Shown here: positions 7,447 to 15,721 of the stretch, piece by piece
How positions within the stretch are numbered: the stretch's first letter is position 1
Layout: each line of letters starts with the position of its first letter
From: Candidatus Hermodarchaeota archaeon
GTDB lineage: Archaea > Asgardarchaeota > Lokiarchaeia > Sigyniarchaeales > SOKP01
Reading direction: 5' to 3'
DNA: 15,721 nucleotides
Assembly (NCBI GenBank): GCA_048885535.1
Contig: JBHLLO010000072.1
Span: forward strand, 1 to 15,721
The notes under the pieces: model-generated
Database searches by the model: none
Told to the model about the DNA's origin: nothing
Seen by the model: only the letters and a program-made list of their open reading frames with translations
Made by a program: the position numbers and the translations under genes

Positions 7447-9588
7447 TTATGGATTTTTATCAATCAAATCAAAAGCAGAAGTAAATAAGGATTTTTTTGA
7501 CTTCTTCTTCTTAGATTTAAAATCAACAGATGATTTTTGATATGTATTTTCGTTTAATTCTAAAACGAATTGCGATATTTTTGCAAGTTGACTATCCCTA
7601 TAAGTTTGGATAATAGATGGAGATATCAAATATAATTGATCTTTTGCTCTTGTCACTGCAACATAGAATACTCTTCGTTCTTCTTCAAAAGCTTCAGTAT
7701 CACCTATCGTTCTACTTGAAGGGAATAAGTTTTCACATAACATAGGAATGAATATTACTCTCCATTCGAGACCTTTAGCCCTATGTATTGTAGATAGAAT
7801 TACTGGTTTTTCCTCCAATTGATGATCTCCCATAAACACAGTTTTTGCTTCTAAATTTGAGTAATTTAAGCTTAAATTCTCTAAGAACTTACACACGGAT
7901 GGAAAATTTTTCGCATAAATACTTAATTGTATTAGATCATCCATTCTATCTTGCCAATTCTCATACTTAGTTTTTATGTGATCTTCAAGTATGGGAATTA
8001 AACGTTGAATAACTTCATCAGCATTATCATCTGGTGTAAAAAAAGTGAGTTGTTTTGAATGAGAAATAAGCTTTTTTTTTCCAATTTTAGAAATCCTTGA
8101 CCCTTTTAGGTTTTCTTCTAGGAATAACTTGCTAGATATACTTTGGACGGGTTTTTCAGTTCTAGAAATTGCTTCAAATAATTTAAGTCCTGATTTAGAA
8201 CCAATTCCTGGAATTATTGAAAAAATTCTCATCCAAGATATTTCATCATAAGGATTTTCAATTATCTTTAGATGGGCTAATATGTCCTTAATATGAGCTT
8301 TTTCAAAAAAAGCAACTCCTGCTCGTACTTCATATGGTATATTTTTAGCCTTAAGTTCCATCTCAATTCTGAGAGAATGAGAACCTGCTCTAATCAATAT
8401 CGCCATTTCATTTAATTCAAATCCGTCTGATCGCAATTTCAATATTTGGTTTGCAATAAATCGAGCTTGATCGTAGTCATCTCCTACATTTACTTGATAT
8501 GGTTTAAGTCCATCTTTTCTAGTTGGTTTCATATTCTTTTGATATTGCCTTTTATTATATCTAATTGAATCATTAGCTAAATCTAGAATCTGAGGAATAC
8601 TACGATAATTAAATGTAATGGTATAATGTTTGCAATCCTTATAACGGGTTTCAAAATTCAAGATATTTTCATAGTTAGCTCCTCTAAAAGCATAGATACT
8701 TTGAGCATCGTCTCCAACAGCCATTACATTATGCTCTGGGTTTTGCTGGGCGATTTTATAAATAATCGCATCTTGAATATAATTAGTATCCTGATATTCA
8801 TCCACTAAAATGTATTTAATTCGTTTAGCTACCAATTTTGCTACAAACCTTTCATCAAGTAACCTATTCCAAAAAACTAATAAATCATCAAAATCAACAA
8901 GATTGTCTGCTGCTTTTTTTTTTTTATAAATATTGAATACTTCCTGTAATTTCAAAAGGATAGGTTCACTATCAAATTGACTATATTTCCATTGAATAAC
9001 TTCCTTAATTTCTTTATTACAATTAATGGAATAAGATAAAATATCTTTGCACATTGCTGCTGTAGGAAATCTTTCTTCGATCTCATCTTTAACATTAGCT
9101 TGTTCTATAGCCAGCTTCATTAAACCCCTTGAATCAGTTTCATCCATAATAATGTAATTTGGTTTTAACCCCATAGTTTTAGCATACATTCTTAAAAATC
9201 TATTAGCTAGTGAATGGAAAGTTCCCGCCCAAATTCCTTTTGGCCTTTTTCCGAGAAGTTGTTCCACTCTTTTGATCATTTCATTTGCTGCTTTGTTAGT
9301 AAAGGTTACTAACATAATTTGGCTAGGTTTTATGCCTAATAAAAGTAATTTTGCAACTGAATATACAATTGTTCGCGTTTTTCCTGAGCCAGCTCCAGCA
9401 ATTACTAACATTGGTCCACTAATATTATTCACTACCTTGAGTTGTTCTTTGTTTAAATCACTTTCAAAATCCACTTCATTATAAATTTCTCTTTTCTCTG
9501 GAATCTCCTCTTCAAATGACTCAGCATAATCCTCATCATAAAATTCAAAAACATACTCTTCAGCAGGTTTGTTTTTTTCTAAAGCCAT
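7447..9588 (-). CDS. Superfamily 1A ATP-dependent DNA helicase, UvrD/PcrA/Rep family
   Basis: Motifs LNKEQ, AGAGSGKT, TFTNKAA, GTFHS, DEYQD, VGDDAQSIYAFRGA, NYRS, STIHRAKGLEW and EERRVFYVAVTRAK are all intact. Confidence 0.96.
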   Translation of the reverse strand: MALEKNKPAEEYVFEFYDEDYAESFEEEIPEKREIYNEVDFESDLNKEQLKVVNNISGPMLVIAGAGSGKTRTIVYSVAKLLLLGIKPSQIMLVTFTNKAANEMIKRVEQLLGKRPKGIWAGTFHSLANRFLRMYAKTMGLKPNYIIMDETDSRGLMKLAIEQANVKDEIEERFPTAAMCKDILSYSINCNKEIKEVIQWKYSQFDSEPILLKLQEVFNIYKKKKAADNLVDFDDLLVFWNRLLDERFVAKLVAKRIKYILVDEYQDTNYIQDAIIYKIAQQNPEHNVMAVGDDAQSIYAFRGANYENILNFETRYKDCKHYTITFNYRSIPQILDLANDSIRYNKRQYQKNMKPTRKDGLKPYQVNVGDDYDQARFIANQILKLRSDGFELNEMAILIRAGSHSLRIEMELKAKNIPYEVRAGVAFFEKAHIKDILAHLKIIENPYDEISWMRIFSIIPGIGSKSGLKLFEAISRTEKPVQSISSKLFLEENLKGSRISKIGKKKLISHSKQLTFFTPDDNADEVIQRLIPILEDHIKTKYENWQDRMDDLIQLSIYAKNFPSVCKFLENLSLNYSNLEAKTVFMGDHQLEEKPVILSTIHRAKGLEWRVIFIPMLCENLFPSSRTIGDTEAFEEERRVFYVAVTRAKDQLYLISPSIIQTYRDSQLAKISQFVLELNENTYQKSSVDFKSKKKKSKKSLFTSAFDLIDKNP

Positions 9589-9664
9589 CTATTCGCACTG
9601 AAATTTATATTCTTAATTCATAGAACTAGAAATAATAAATATATTTAATGATTATTAAAAGTCT

Positions 9665-10480
9665 TTAGGAAAGCAGATATTTTCTAAATTGTAATTCTTT
9701 GTTAAGGATATATTTTATATCGTGATTTCTTAAGAATTTTAACTCTCTTAACACATCAAATAGTAGGAATTTATCATAAAGTTTGGAAAATCTACGAATA
9801 ACATATCCCAAAGGTAAACCTTTTTTCTTAGTAGATTGAGAATTTTGAGATTGATAAACAACAAAAGCGTTCAAAAGATGTATTAGATCATTTTTACATT
9901 GGTCCTTTAAACTTTGATCACTAAATCTAGCTAACTGCAGTCCTACATTTTTAAATATTTTAAGACTTAATGAAGGTAATAAACTCCAAGCGATGGTTCG
10001 CTTAATAGAAGATCTTTTATATTGAATTGTCCCATATGGTGTAATTTTCTTCCGATAATACGAGGCAAAATGTACGGAGTAAATAGGAGCAATAATTTCA
10101 TCCTTTGCCATGTTCATATAATACAACCTACCTTGATACATCCTATGTAATTCTCTTTCTGAAGATGATATTATAACACCTTGTTCATTCTTGGGTACTC
10201 TATAATAATAGGGTCCATTACCATTTAGTATCCATAAAACGTATATGTTTTTTTGATTATAATTTTTCGTTCGATTTATAAGATCTTTTCGGGTTATTTT
10301 AGAGTGCTGAATCTCTAAAGCGATTTTTTTATGGTCTATTAATTCAATATAGATATCGGCCACTTGATCACTAATTCTGTACTCTTGTTCGATTACTTTA
10401 ATAGGATTATTAAGTGGAATGTTATCAAAGAGATATTTCTTTATCTTATTATGTTCAATAGATTCGTTTTTATTGTACAT
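9665..10480 (-). CDS. CoiA-like PD-(D/E)XK nuclease-domain protein
   Basis: ESIEHNKIK, then EY...ADI...ALEIQHS...RTKNY...VLWIL, the pattern recalled for the CoiA nuclease core; basic C-terminal half. Confidence 0.75.
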   Translation of the reverse strand: MYNKNESIEHNKIKKYLFDNIPLNNPIKVIEQEYRISDQVADIYIELIDHKKIALEIQHSKITRKDLINRTKNYNQKNIYVLWILNGNGPYYYRVPKNEQGVIISSSERELHRMYQGRLYYMNMAKDEIIAPIYSVHFASYYRKKITPYGTIQYKRSSIKRTIAWSLLPSLSLKIFKNVGLQLARFSDQSLKDQCKNDLIHLLNAFVVYQSQNSQSTKKKGLPLGYVIRRFSKLYDKFLLFDVLRELKFLRNHDIKYILNKELQFRKYLLS

Positions 10481-10536
10481 TTAGTCATTTTTTATCTGAA
10501 CTTAAGCTTTTAAACTAAGTAGTATTTTTTTTACGA

Positions 10537-10747
10537 ATATATAGAAGAGAGATGTCAGAACTTAGATTATATATATTTTCCATCTCATCTATATATGTTT
10601 AATTTTTACACTCTAATCGTTTTTGACGCTTTTTTAGGTATTAAAAGAAGGTAATATATAAAATATATAGAAAATACTTTTCTATAAATATATAATTATT
10701 ATAAATATATATTATTAAGATTAGGATAAAGACAAGAAGGGATATAT
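10537..10747. promoter_or_regulatory. Divergent promoter region with repeated ATATATA motifs and inverted repeats
   Basis: Part of the 267-nt intergenic region between divergent genes. Perfect IR TATAGAAAA-tac-TTTTCTATA (10666-10686); direct repeat TATAAATATATA (10683, 10700); GAAGGGA just before ATG 10748. Confidence 0.5.
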
Positions 10748-11755
10748 ATGGAATATAATATTGATACAAGGAGAGTACAACAAACAGGTGGCTCTTCATA
10801 TATAATTAGTCTTCCAAAAGAATGGATTGAAAAGCATGGTATTGAAGCAAAAGATACGATTGGTATACTTTCTCAACCAGATGGAAACTTACTAATAACG
10901 CCCTATATTAGTTCTCAGGAATATATAAAAGAGAAAATTTTTGACGTGGATGATATTAATAATGTCACTTATTTATTTCGATTACTTATTGGAGCCTATG
11001 TTATGGGATATACAGTTATAAAAATCAAAACCAGCAAAAATAAATTCAAACCTGAGATAAGAGAATGTATAGAAAACTTTATTAATATTGCCATGGGTCC
11101 AGAGATCATAGAGGAAACGAATCAATATATATTTATTAAGGATCTAATCAATCCTAAAGAGATGCCCTTTGAAATGACTATTAAACGTATGTACATTTTA
11201 GCTCAATCTATGCATGAGGATGCTGTTAAAGCTTTAGAAACGGGAGACACAAAATTAGCTAAGAAAGTTATAGAGAGAGACGATCAAGTTGATAAACTTA
11301 ATTGGTTAGTTGAACGGCAATCACACATAGTCCTTAGAGACATTATTCTTTGTCAAAAAATGGATATTACCTTAGAGGATGCTAGTAATTTTCAGTTTAT
11401 AAGTAAATTTTTAGAACGAATTGGAGATCATGCTGTAAAGATTGCTAGAAATGTATTAAAAATTGATTATGAAAAAATCGACAAGAAACTATTTAAAAGT
11501 ATTACTGACGTAAGTAAAATGTCTTTAGACTTCTTAAATATAAGCTTAGATGCATGGTTGAAAAAAGACCTAAAATTAGCTAATGAAAATATTGAGTCAA
11601 TCGATAAATTATTAAATGCATGCGAGAAGATTATTTTCAATACAGAGAGCGCTACTCAATTCGCTGTTGAAATAGGAAATATTATTGAAAGTATTAGAAG
11701 AACTGGAGAATATTCTGCTGATATTTCTGAAATTATAATAAATAATCTTATCTAA
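10748..11755 (+). CDS. phoU: Archaeal phosphate uptake regulator (AbrB/MazE-type N-domain + two PhoU domains)
   Basis: N-terminal RRVQQTGGSSYIISLPKEW (AbrB-like); PhoU motifs RDDQVDKL, LERIGDHA and IRRTGEYSADI. Confidence 0.9.
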   Translation: MEYNIDTRRVQQTGGSSYIISLPKEWIEKHGIEAKDTIGILSQPDGNLLITPYISSQEYIKEKIFDVDDINNVTYLFRLLIGAYVMGYTVIKIKTSKNKFKPEIRECIENFINIAMGPEIIEETNQYIFIKDLINPKEMPFEMTIKRMYILAQSMHEDAVKALETGDTKLAKKVIERDDQVDKLNWLVERQSHIVLRDIILCQKMDITLEDASNFQFISKFLERIGDHAVKIARNVLKIDYEKIDKKLFKSITDVSKMSLDFLNISLDAWLKKDLKLANENIESIDKLLNACEKIIFNTESATQFAVEIGNIIESIRRTGEYSADISEIIINNLI

Positions 11756-11756
11756 A

Positions 11757-12050
11757 CTATTTTTGATTTTCAAAATTTTTTCGTACACTTATTAGCGTTG
11801 TAGTCGTTTCTATCCATCTTTTTAAATCTTTATCTGATCTACAAAATGAAATGATTTGCTCTAAATCTCCCAGATCATTAAAGATACATTCAATTAATAA
11901 ATCCCATCCTCCGTAAGTTGGAGTCACATACGTAATTTTCCAACTTTCATTGGAACTTTCTAAATTAAACTGTTTTAACTTTTTTACGATATCCCACTGA
12001 GTGTCAATAATCTTAAGCCTGATCAGAATATATCCACGATAATAAATCAA
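11757..12050 (-). CDS. Small protein, probable stand-alone Lrp/AsnC ligand-binding (RAM) domain
   Basis: GYILIR...TYGGWDLLIE...TTTLI pattern of Lrp C-terminal domains with no HTH; TTG start preceded by AGGTG SD (12060-12056). Confidence 0.55.
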   Translation of the reverse strand: MIYYRGYILIRLKIIDTQWDIVKKLKQFNLESSNESWKITYVTPTYGGWDLLIECIFNDLGDLEQIISFCRSDKDLKRWIETTTTLISVRKNFENQK

Positions 12051-12253
12051 TTCAACACCTGAAATCTTTAGTTATACTTCTTTTCGTTGCTAAATCCTTA
12101 AGTTTATCTAAAAATTATTAAGTTTTTTAAAATTTTTCAAACTTTCTATTAAAATCACATTCTTTATATGCAGAATTTTTTTATATTAGTTAATAAAAAT
12201 ATGATATATCAATTTTTTCTCATAAAATTTTAACCAAAAAAAGGAGAAATTAC

Positions 12254-13213
12254 TTGAGTGAAAACGAAATTCTATCAAAAAAGTTATTTCTATTTGTATT
12301 AATTAGTATTGCAGCTATTTTCGTAATTGGCTTAATATTTTTACTTTCGGGATATAATGATTTTTTCTGTGAATATTTCTACACAAATGATATAACATAC
12401 CTCATTTTTAGTGCTATAAGCTTTGTGGGAGACACTACATTTATAATATTATTAATTGTTACTGTCTGGTATGTTTATGATGTTAAATTTGCCAAAAATC
12501 TTGCTCTGAGTATTTTAGGATCATTTTATATTAATTCATTATTAAAGGATATAATACAAGACCCAAGACCATGGACAAATATAAAAACAGGATACACTGA
12601 TCCAGGCTTTCCTTCAGGACATGCCCAGCAAAGTGTAGCAGGTTATGCGTATTTGGGATATGAAGCCTATCGAAAAGGTAAAAGATACATTTCTTGGCTT
12701 TTTATAATTCTTGCATACTTAATAGCTATTTCTCGTGTAATTATTGGAGTTCATGACGTTCAAGATATTTGGGGCGGACTGCTAATAGGAATTGTATGGT
12801 TAATTTTTTTCATATTATTAGAGCCTAAAGTCTCAGAAGTTATTGGTAAGTTTAACTTGATAACAAAAATTTTGCTCTCAACAGTAATACCAATTGTTTT
12901 ATTCATTGTTGCTATATTAATCTTCCCTACTTCTGATTCTGACTATGGGTTGATAACAGGTGGCATGATGGGGCTCTCTTTGGGATATGTTATAAACAAG
13001 GAGTATATAAATTATGATCCAAGGAAAATTAGTACAAAACAAAAAGTACTTAATTTTATAATAGGTATTGTGATTACTTTAGTACTTTACTTAGGTTTGA
13101 GATATATTCCATTAGATATATTAGGGCAAATCTGGGACTTTATAAGGTATTTCATCTTAGCAATAATATTAAGTACGATTGTTCCATGGTTATTCACAAA
13201 AATTCAAAGATAA
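12254..13213 (+). CDS. PAP2-family membrane lipid phosphatase
   Basis: All three PAP2 motifs: KDIIQDPRP (KX6RP), PSGH, SRVIIGVHDVQD (SRX5HX3D); many TM helices; TTG start preceded by AAGGAG (12241-12246). Confidence 0.92.
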   Translation: MSENEILSKKLFLFVLISIAAIFVIGLIFLLSGYNDFFCEYFYTNDITYLIFSAISFVGDTTFIILLIVTVWYVYDVKFAKNLALSILGSFYINSLLKDIIQDPRPWTNIKTGYTDPGFPSGHAQQSVAGYAYLGYEAYRKGKRYISWLFIILAYLIAISRVIIGVHDVQDIWGGLLIGIVWLIFFILLEPKVSEVIGKFNLITKILLSTVIPIVLFIVAILIFPTSDSDYGLITGGMMGLSLGYVINKEYINYDPRKISTKQKVLNFIIGIVITLVLYLGLRYIPLDILGQIWDFIRYFILAIILSTIVPWLFTKIQR

Positions 13214-13225
13214 TTTATCAATCTA

Positions 13226-13233
13226 TTTTTTTT
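13226..13233 (+). terminator. Putative oligo-T terminator after PAP2 gene
   Basis: T8 run in the 24-nt gap between convergent genes. Confidence 0.45.
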
Positions 13234-13237
13234 ATTC

Positions 13238-15721
13238 CTACCAATAAATTTCTTTTAAATTTTCATGATATTCGTTTAAAGATTTAATCTCAATATCTTT
13301 TTTCCGTAAATTTTCAATCGCATTAACAATAGCCTTAGCTAACTGCAAATTTATTATAACAGGAATGTTAAAATCGACTGCCATCCTCCGAATTGCATAT
13401 TCATCTTCCATGATGGTCATAAATTTTTCTTCGATAGTAGTTGGCAATGGAATATTAATAACCATATCGATACGTCCATTTTGTAAGCAACTTATTATGT
13501 TAGGTTCCTTACCATGTTCATGAACCTTGTATAGGCGTACTGCTTCAATGCCATTTTCAGTTAAAACTCTCTTTGTATCTTCAGTAGCAAAAATCTTAAA
13601 TCCTAGCTCTATTAGTTTTTTAGCTAGAGGTACTGTTTCTTGCTTTAAAGTTTCTCCTCCTACAGAGAGTAATATATTACCTTCAGTAAGGGGGATATCC
13701 ATTTCAGTCGCTTCAAGTGATTTAATTAAAGCATCAGGAAAATCCTTGCCGAAACAAGCTACTTCTCCAGTAGAACTCATTTCTACCCCAAGGATAGGAT
13801 CCGCATTATCTAACCTCATAAAAGAAAACATCGGGGCTTTTATAGCTACATAATTTCCCATTGGTAAGTCCATTAATCTATTAGGGATTTTTTTGTCCAT
13901 AATCACCTCTGCTGCTAATTTCATTAAATTTATTCCTCGTGTTTTAGAAACATAGGGCATACTACGGCTAGATCTCAAATTACATTCAATGACGTACACT
14001 TCACTATTTTTAACGAGGTATTGGATATTAAATGGTCCTTTAATTTTTAGGGCTAAAGCAATTTCTTTAGTGTACTGCTCGATTTTTAAAATTACACTTG
14101 TTGAGATAGTTTGTGGTGGAATCGCCATTGTTGCATCACCACTATGAATCCCTGCATTTTCAATATGTTCAACAATAGCACCTATAAATACATTTTCCCC
14201 ATCACAGACGCCATCACATTCTACTTCTCTTGAGTCAGTAAAGAATTTTGTGATAACAACGGGATATTCTTTTGATATGGACGCAGCCAAATCAAGAGTA
14301 TCCTTAAGGGATTTTTGATCGTAGGAAACTCTCATGGCAGCTCCACTTAATACATAAGAAGGCCTTACAAGAACCGGAAATCCCACCTTTTCAGCAAAAT
14401 TTAAGGCATCTTCTTTTGTGGTTAAAGCTTTCCATTCAGGCTGTTTAATTCCTAATTGGTCTAATAAAGTGCTAAATTTACTTCTATCCTCAGCCATATC
14501 TATTCTAGTACCATGGGTTCCAAGGATTTTTAAATTTGTTTTCCTAAAAAATTCTGAGTATTTTGTGAACTTAGCTGCTAAATTATTAGCGATTTGACCC
14601 CCAGCTGATACAACAATACCCATAGCTTTCTCTAATTCACATATATCCAAAACTCTTTCTCCAGATAACTCTTCGAAATATAATTTGTCAGAAATATCAT
14701 AATCTGTTGAAACTGTCTCAGGATTATAATTAATCATTATTGCTTGATCAATTCCTAAATTTTTTAATCCCCACAAACAATTAACTGAACCCCAATCAAA
14801 TTCTACAGAGGCTCCAATACGATAAGTTCCAGAACCTAAAACAATTACTTTTTTGAGATTCGATTCATATTCCTTTTCAAAATCTATATCATGATGAGAA
14901 GCAGAGTATGTTAAATAGAGATAATTTGTAATTGCTGGCCATTCTGCCGCTAAAGTATCAATTCGCTTAACATATGGTTGTATGTTTAGCCTTCGACGCA
15001 TCTGTCGAATAAATATTGTATCTACTCCCATAATTTTGGCGATTTGTCCATCTGAAAATCCAAACCTTTTAGCTCTCTCAATCCAATATTTTTTTTCCTC
15101 GTCAGAGGATTCTAGTAATTCAATGTCTTGTAATTGACGTTCAAGATCAATTATATTTTTTAATTTATAAAGGAACCATTTATCTACTCTAGATAAACGA
15201 TAAATTTCTTCTATTGAAATGCCTTTTTTAAAAGCTTCACCGATTCTAAAAAGACGTAAATCTGTAGGATTCCTTAATTCGTATTTTAATTCATTAATAT
15301 CTTTAATATCTTCCAGATCATTTGCTACAAATCCTTTCATACCAATATCTAACATTCTTACTGCTTTTTGGATTACTTCCTCGAAAGTCCTACCTATTGC
15401 CATAACTTCTCCAACTGATTTCATCTGAGATCCAATTTTTCTATCAACCTTCTGGAATTTAGTCATGTCCCATCTAGGAATTTTTAATACTAAATAATCT
15501 AATGCTGGTTCAAAACAAGCTGTCGTAATTCCAGTTATTTTATTTTTTAGTTCTGGCAATGTGTAACCAATTGCCAATTTCGCTGCTATATATGCTAAAG
15601 GATATCCAGTAGCTTTTGAAGCTAGCGCAGAAGATCGTGATAAGCGGGCATTAACTTCAATAACTCGAAATTCTTTAGAAAATGGATCTAAAGCATATTG
15701 AATGTTACATTCTCCAATAAT
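13238..15721 (-). CDS. carB: Carbamoyl-phosphate synthase large subunit (5'-truncated by window edge)
   Basis: Frame is open to the window end: IIGECNIQYAL...IEVNARLSRSSALASKATGYPLAY. It continues with FEPALDY, QMKSVGEVM, NPETVSTDYD, RPSYVLSG, AGIHSGD, GVEMSSTGEV and a C-terminal MGS-like domain. Confidence 0.98.
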   Translation of the reverse strand: MIGECNIQYALDPFSKEFRVIEVNARLSRSSALASKATGYPLAYIAAKLAIGYTLPELKNKITGITTACFEPALDYLVLKIPRWDMTKFQKVDRKIGSQMKSVGEVMAIGRTFEEVIQKAVRMLDIGMKGFVANDLEDIKDINELKYELRNPTDLRLFRIGEAFKKGISIEEIYRLSRVDKWFLYKLKNIIDLERQLQDIELLESSDEEKKYWIERAKRFGFSDGQIAKIMGVDTIFIRQMRRRLNIQPYVKRIDTLAAEWPAITNYLYLTYSASHHDIDFEKEYESNLKKVIVLGSGTYRIGASVEFDWGSVNCLWGLKNLGIDQAIMINYNPETVSTDYDISDKLYFEELSGERVLDICELEKAMGIVVSAGGQIANNLAAKFTKYSEFFRKTNLKILGTHGTRIDMAEDRSKFSTLLDQLGIKQPEWKALTTKEDALNFAEKVGFPVLVRPSYVLSGAAMRVSYDQKSLKDTLDLAASISKEYPVVITKFFTDSREVECDGVCDGENVFIGAIVEHIENAGIHSGDATMAIPPQTISTSVILKIEQYTKEIALALKIKGPFNIQYLVKNSEVYVIECNLRSSRSMPYVSKTRGINLMKLAAEVIMDKKIPNRLMDLPMGNYVAIKAPMFSFMRLDNADPILGVEMSSTGEVACFGKDFPDALIKSLEATEMDIPLTEGNILLSVGGETLKQETVPLAKKLIELGFKIFATEDTKRVLTENGIEAVRLYKVHEHGKEPNIISCLQNGRIDMVINIPLPTTIEEKFMTIMEDEYAIRRMAVDFNIPVIINLQLAKAIVNAIENLRKKDIEIKSLNEYHENLKEIYW

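Noticed and set aside
7447-7520. PCNA-interacting (PIP) box or NLS in the helicase tail
   Set aside because: Does not fit QxxLxxFF; Lys runs are common in AT-rich genomes.
8626-8808. 60-aa + strand ORF
   Set aside because: Antisense to conserved helicase motifs; no independent evidence.
9272-9484. 70-aa + strand ORF
   Set aside because: Antisense shadow of the helicase Walker A region.
7447-10480. Canonical Gabija system
   Set aside because: The partner lacks the ABC-ATPase/TOPRIM domains of GajA and the helicase is full-length PcrA-like.
10481-10747. Replication origin, CRISPR leader/array or RNA gene in the long AT-rich gap
   Set aside because: No ORB-like G-strings, no cdc6/orc1, no regular repeat-spacer units, no GC-rich stems.
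13527-13853. 108-aa + strand ORF
   Set aside because: Antisense shadow of carB.
15219-15428. 69-aa + strand ORF
   Set aside because: Antisense shadow of carB.
1-15721. Eukaryotic origin or alternative genetic code
   Set aside because: Intronless, operon-like genes with SD sites; all long ORFs are intact under the standard prokaryotic code and TAA, TAG and TGA all serve as stops.
3-15721. glnA and carB as a glutamine-metabolism cluster
   Set aside because: About 13 kb apart on opposite strands with unrelated genes between; probably coincidental.

Overview
AT-rich, densely coding window that looks like Asgard archaeal chromosome, most likely Lokiarchaeia. This is an inference from two unprenylated Rab-like GTPases, an IPFG-TM-basic-tail surface protein, an archaeal AbrB-PhoU regulator, oligo-T terminators and a eukaryote-type carB. 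It is bounded by truncated glnA (left) and carB (right). Nine co-oriented minus-strand genes run from 10480 to 385: CoiA-like PD-(D/E)XK nuclease, UvrD/PcrA helicase, Rab-like GTPase, atypical ArsC/LMW-PTP-fold protein, second Rab-like GTPase, C-terminally anchored surface protein, asymmetric heterodimeric ABC exporter (two genes) and a membrane protein. The right part holds a PhoU regulator, a stand-alone Lrp/AsnC ligand-binding-like domain and a PAP2 phosphatase. The most notable observations are the GTPase-ArsC*-GTPase triplet, in which the ArsC-like frame has CX5C instead of CX5R and no canonical start codon, the adjacent nuclease-helicase pair, and several candidate operator arrays. No tRNA, rRNA, CRISPR array or transposase was seen. 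All family assignments are from motif recognition, not database searches.
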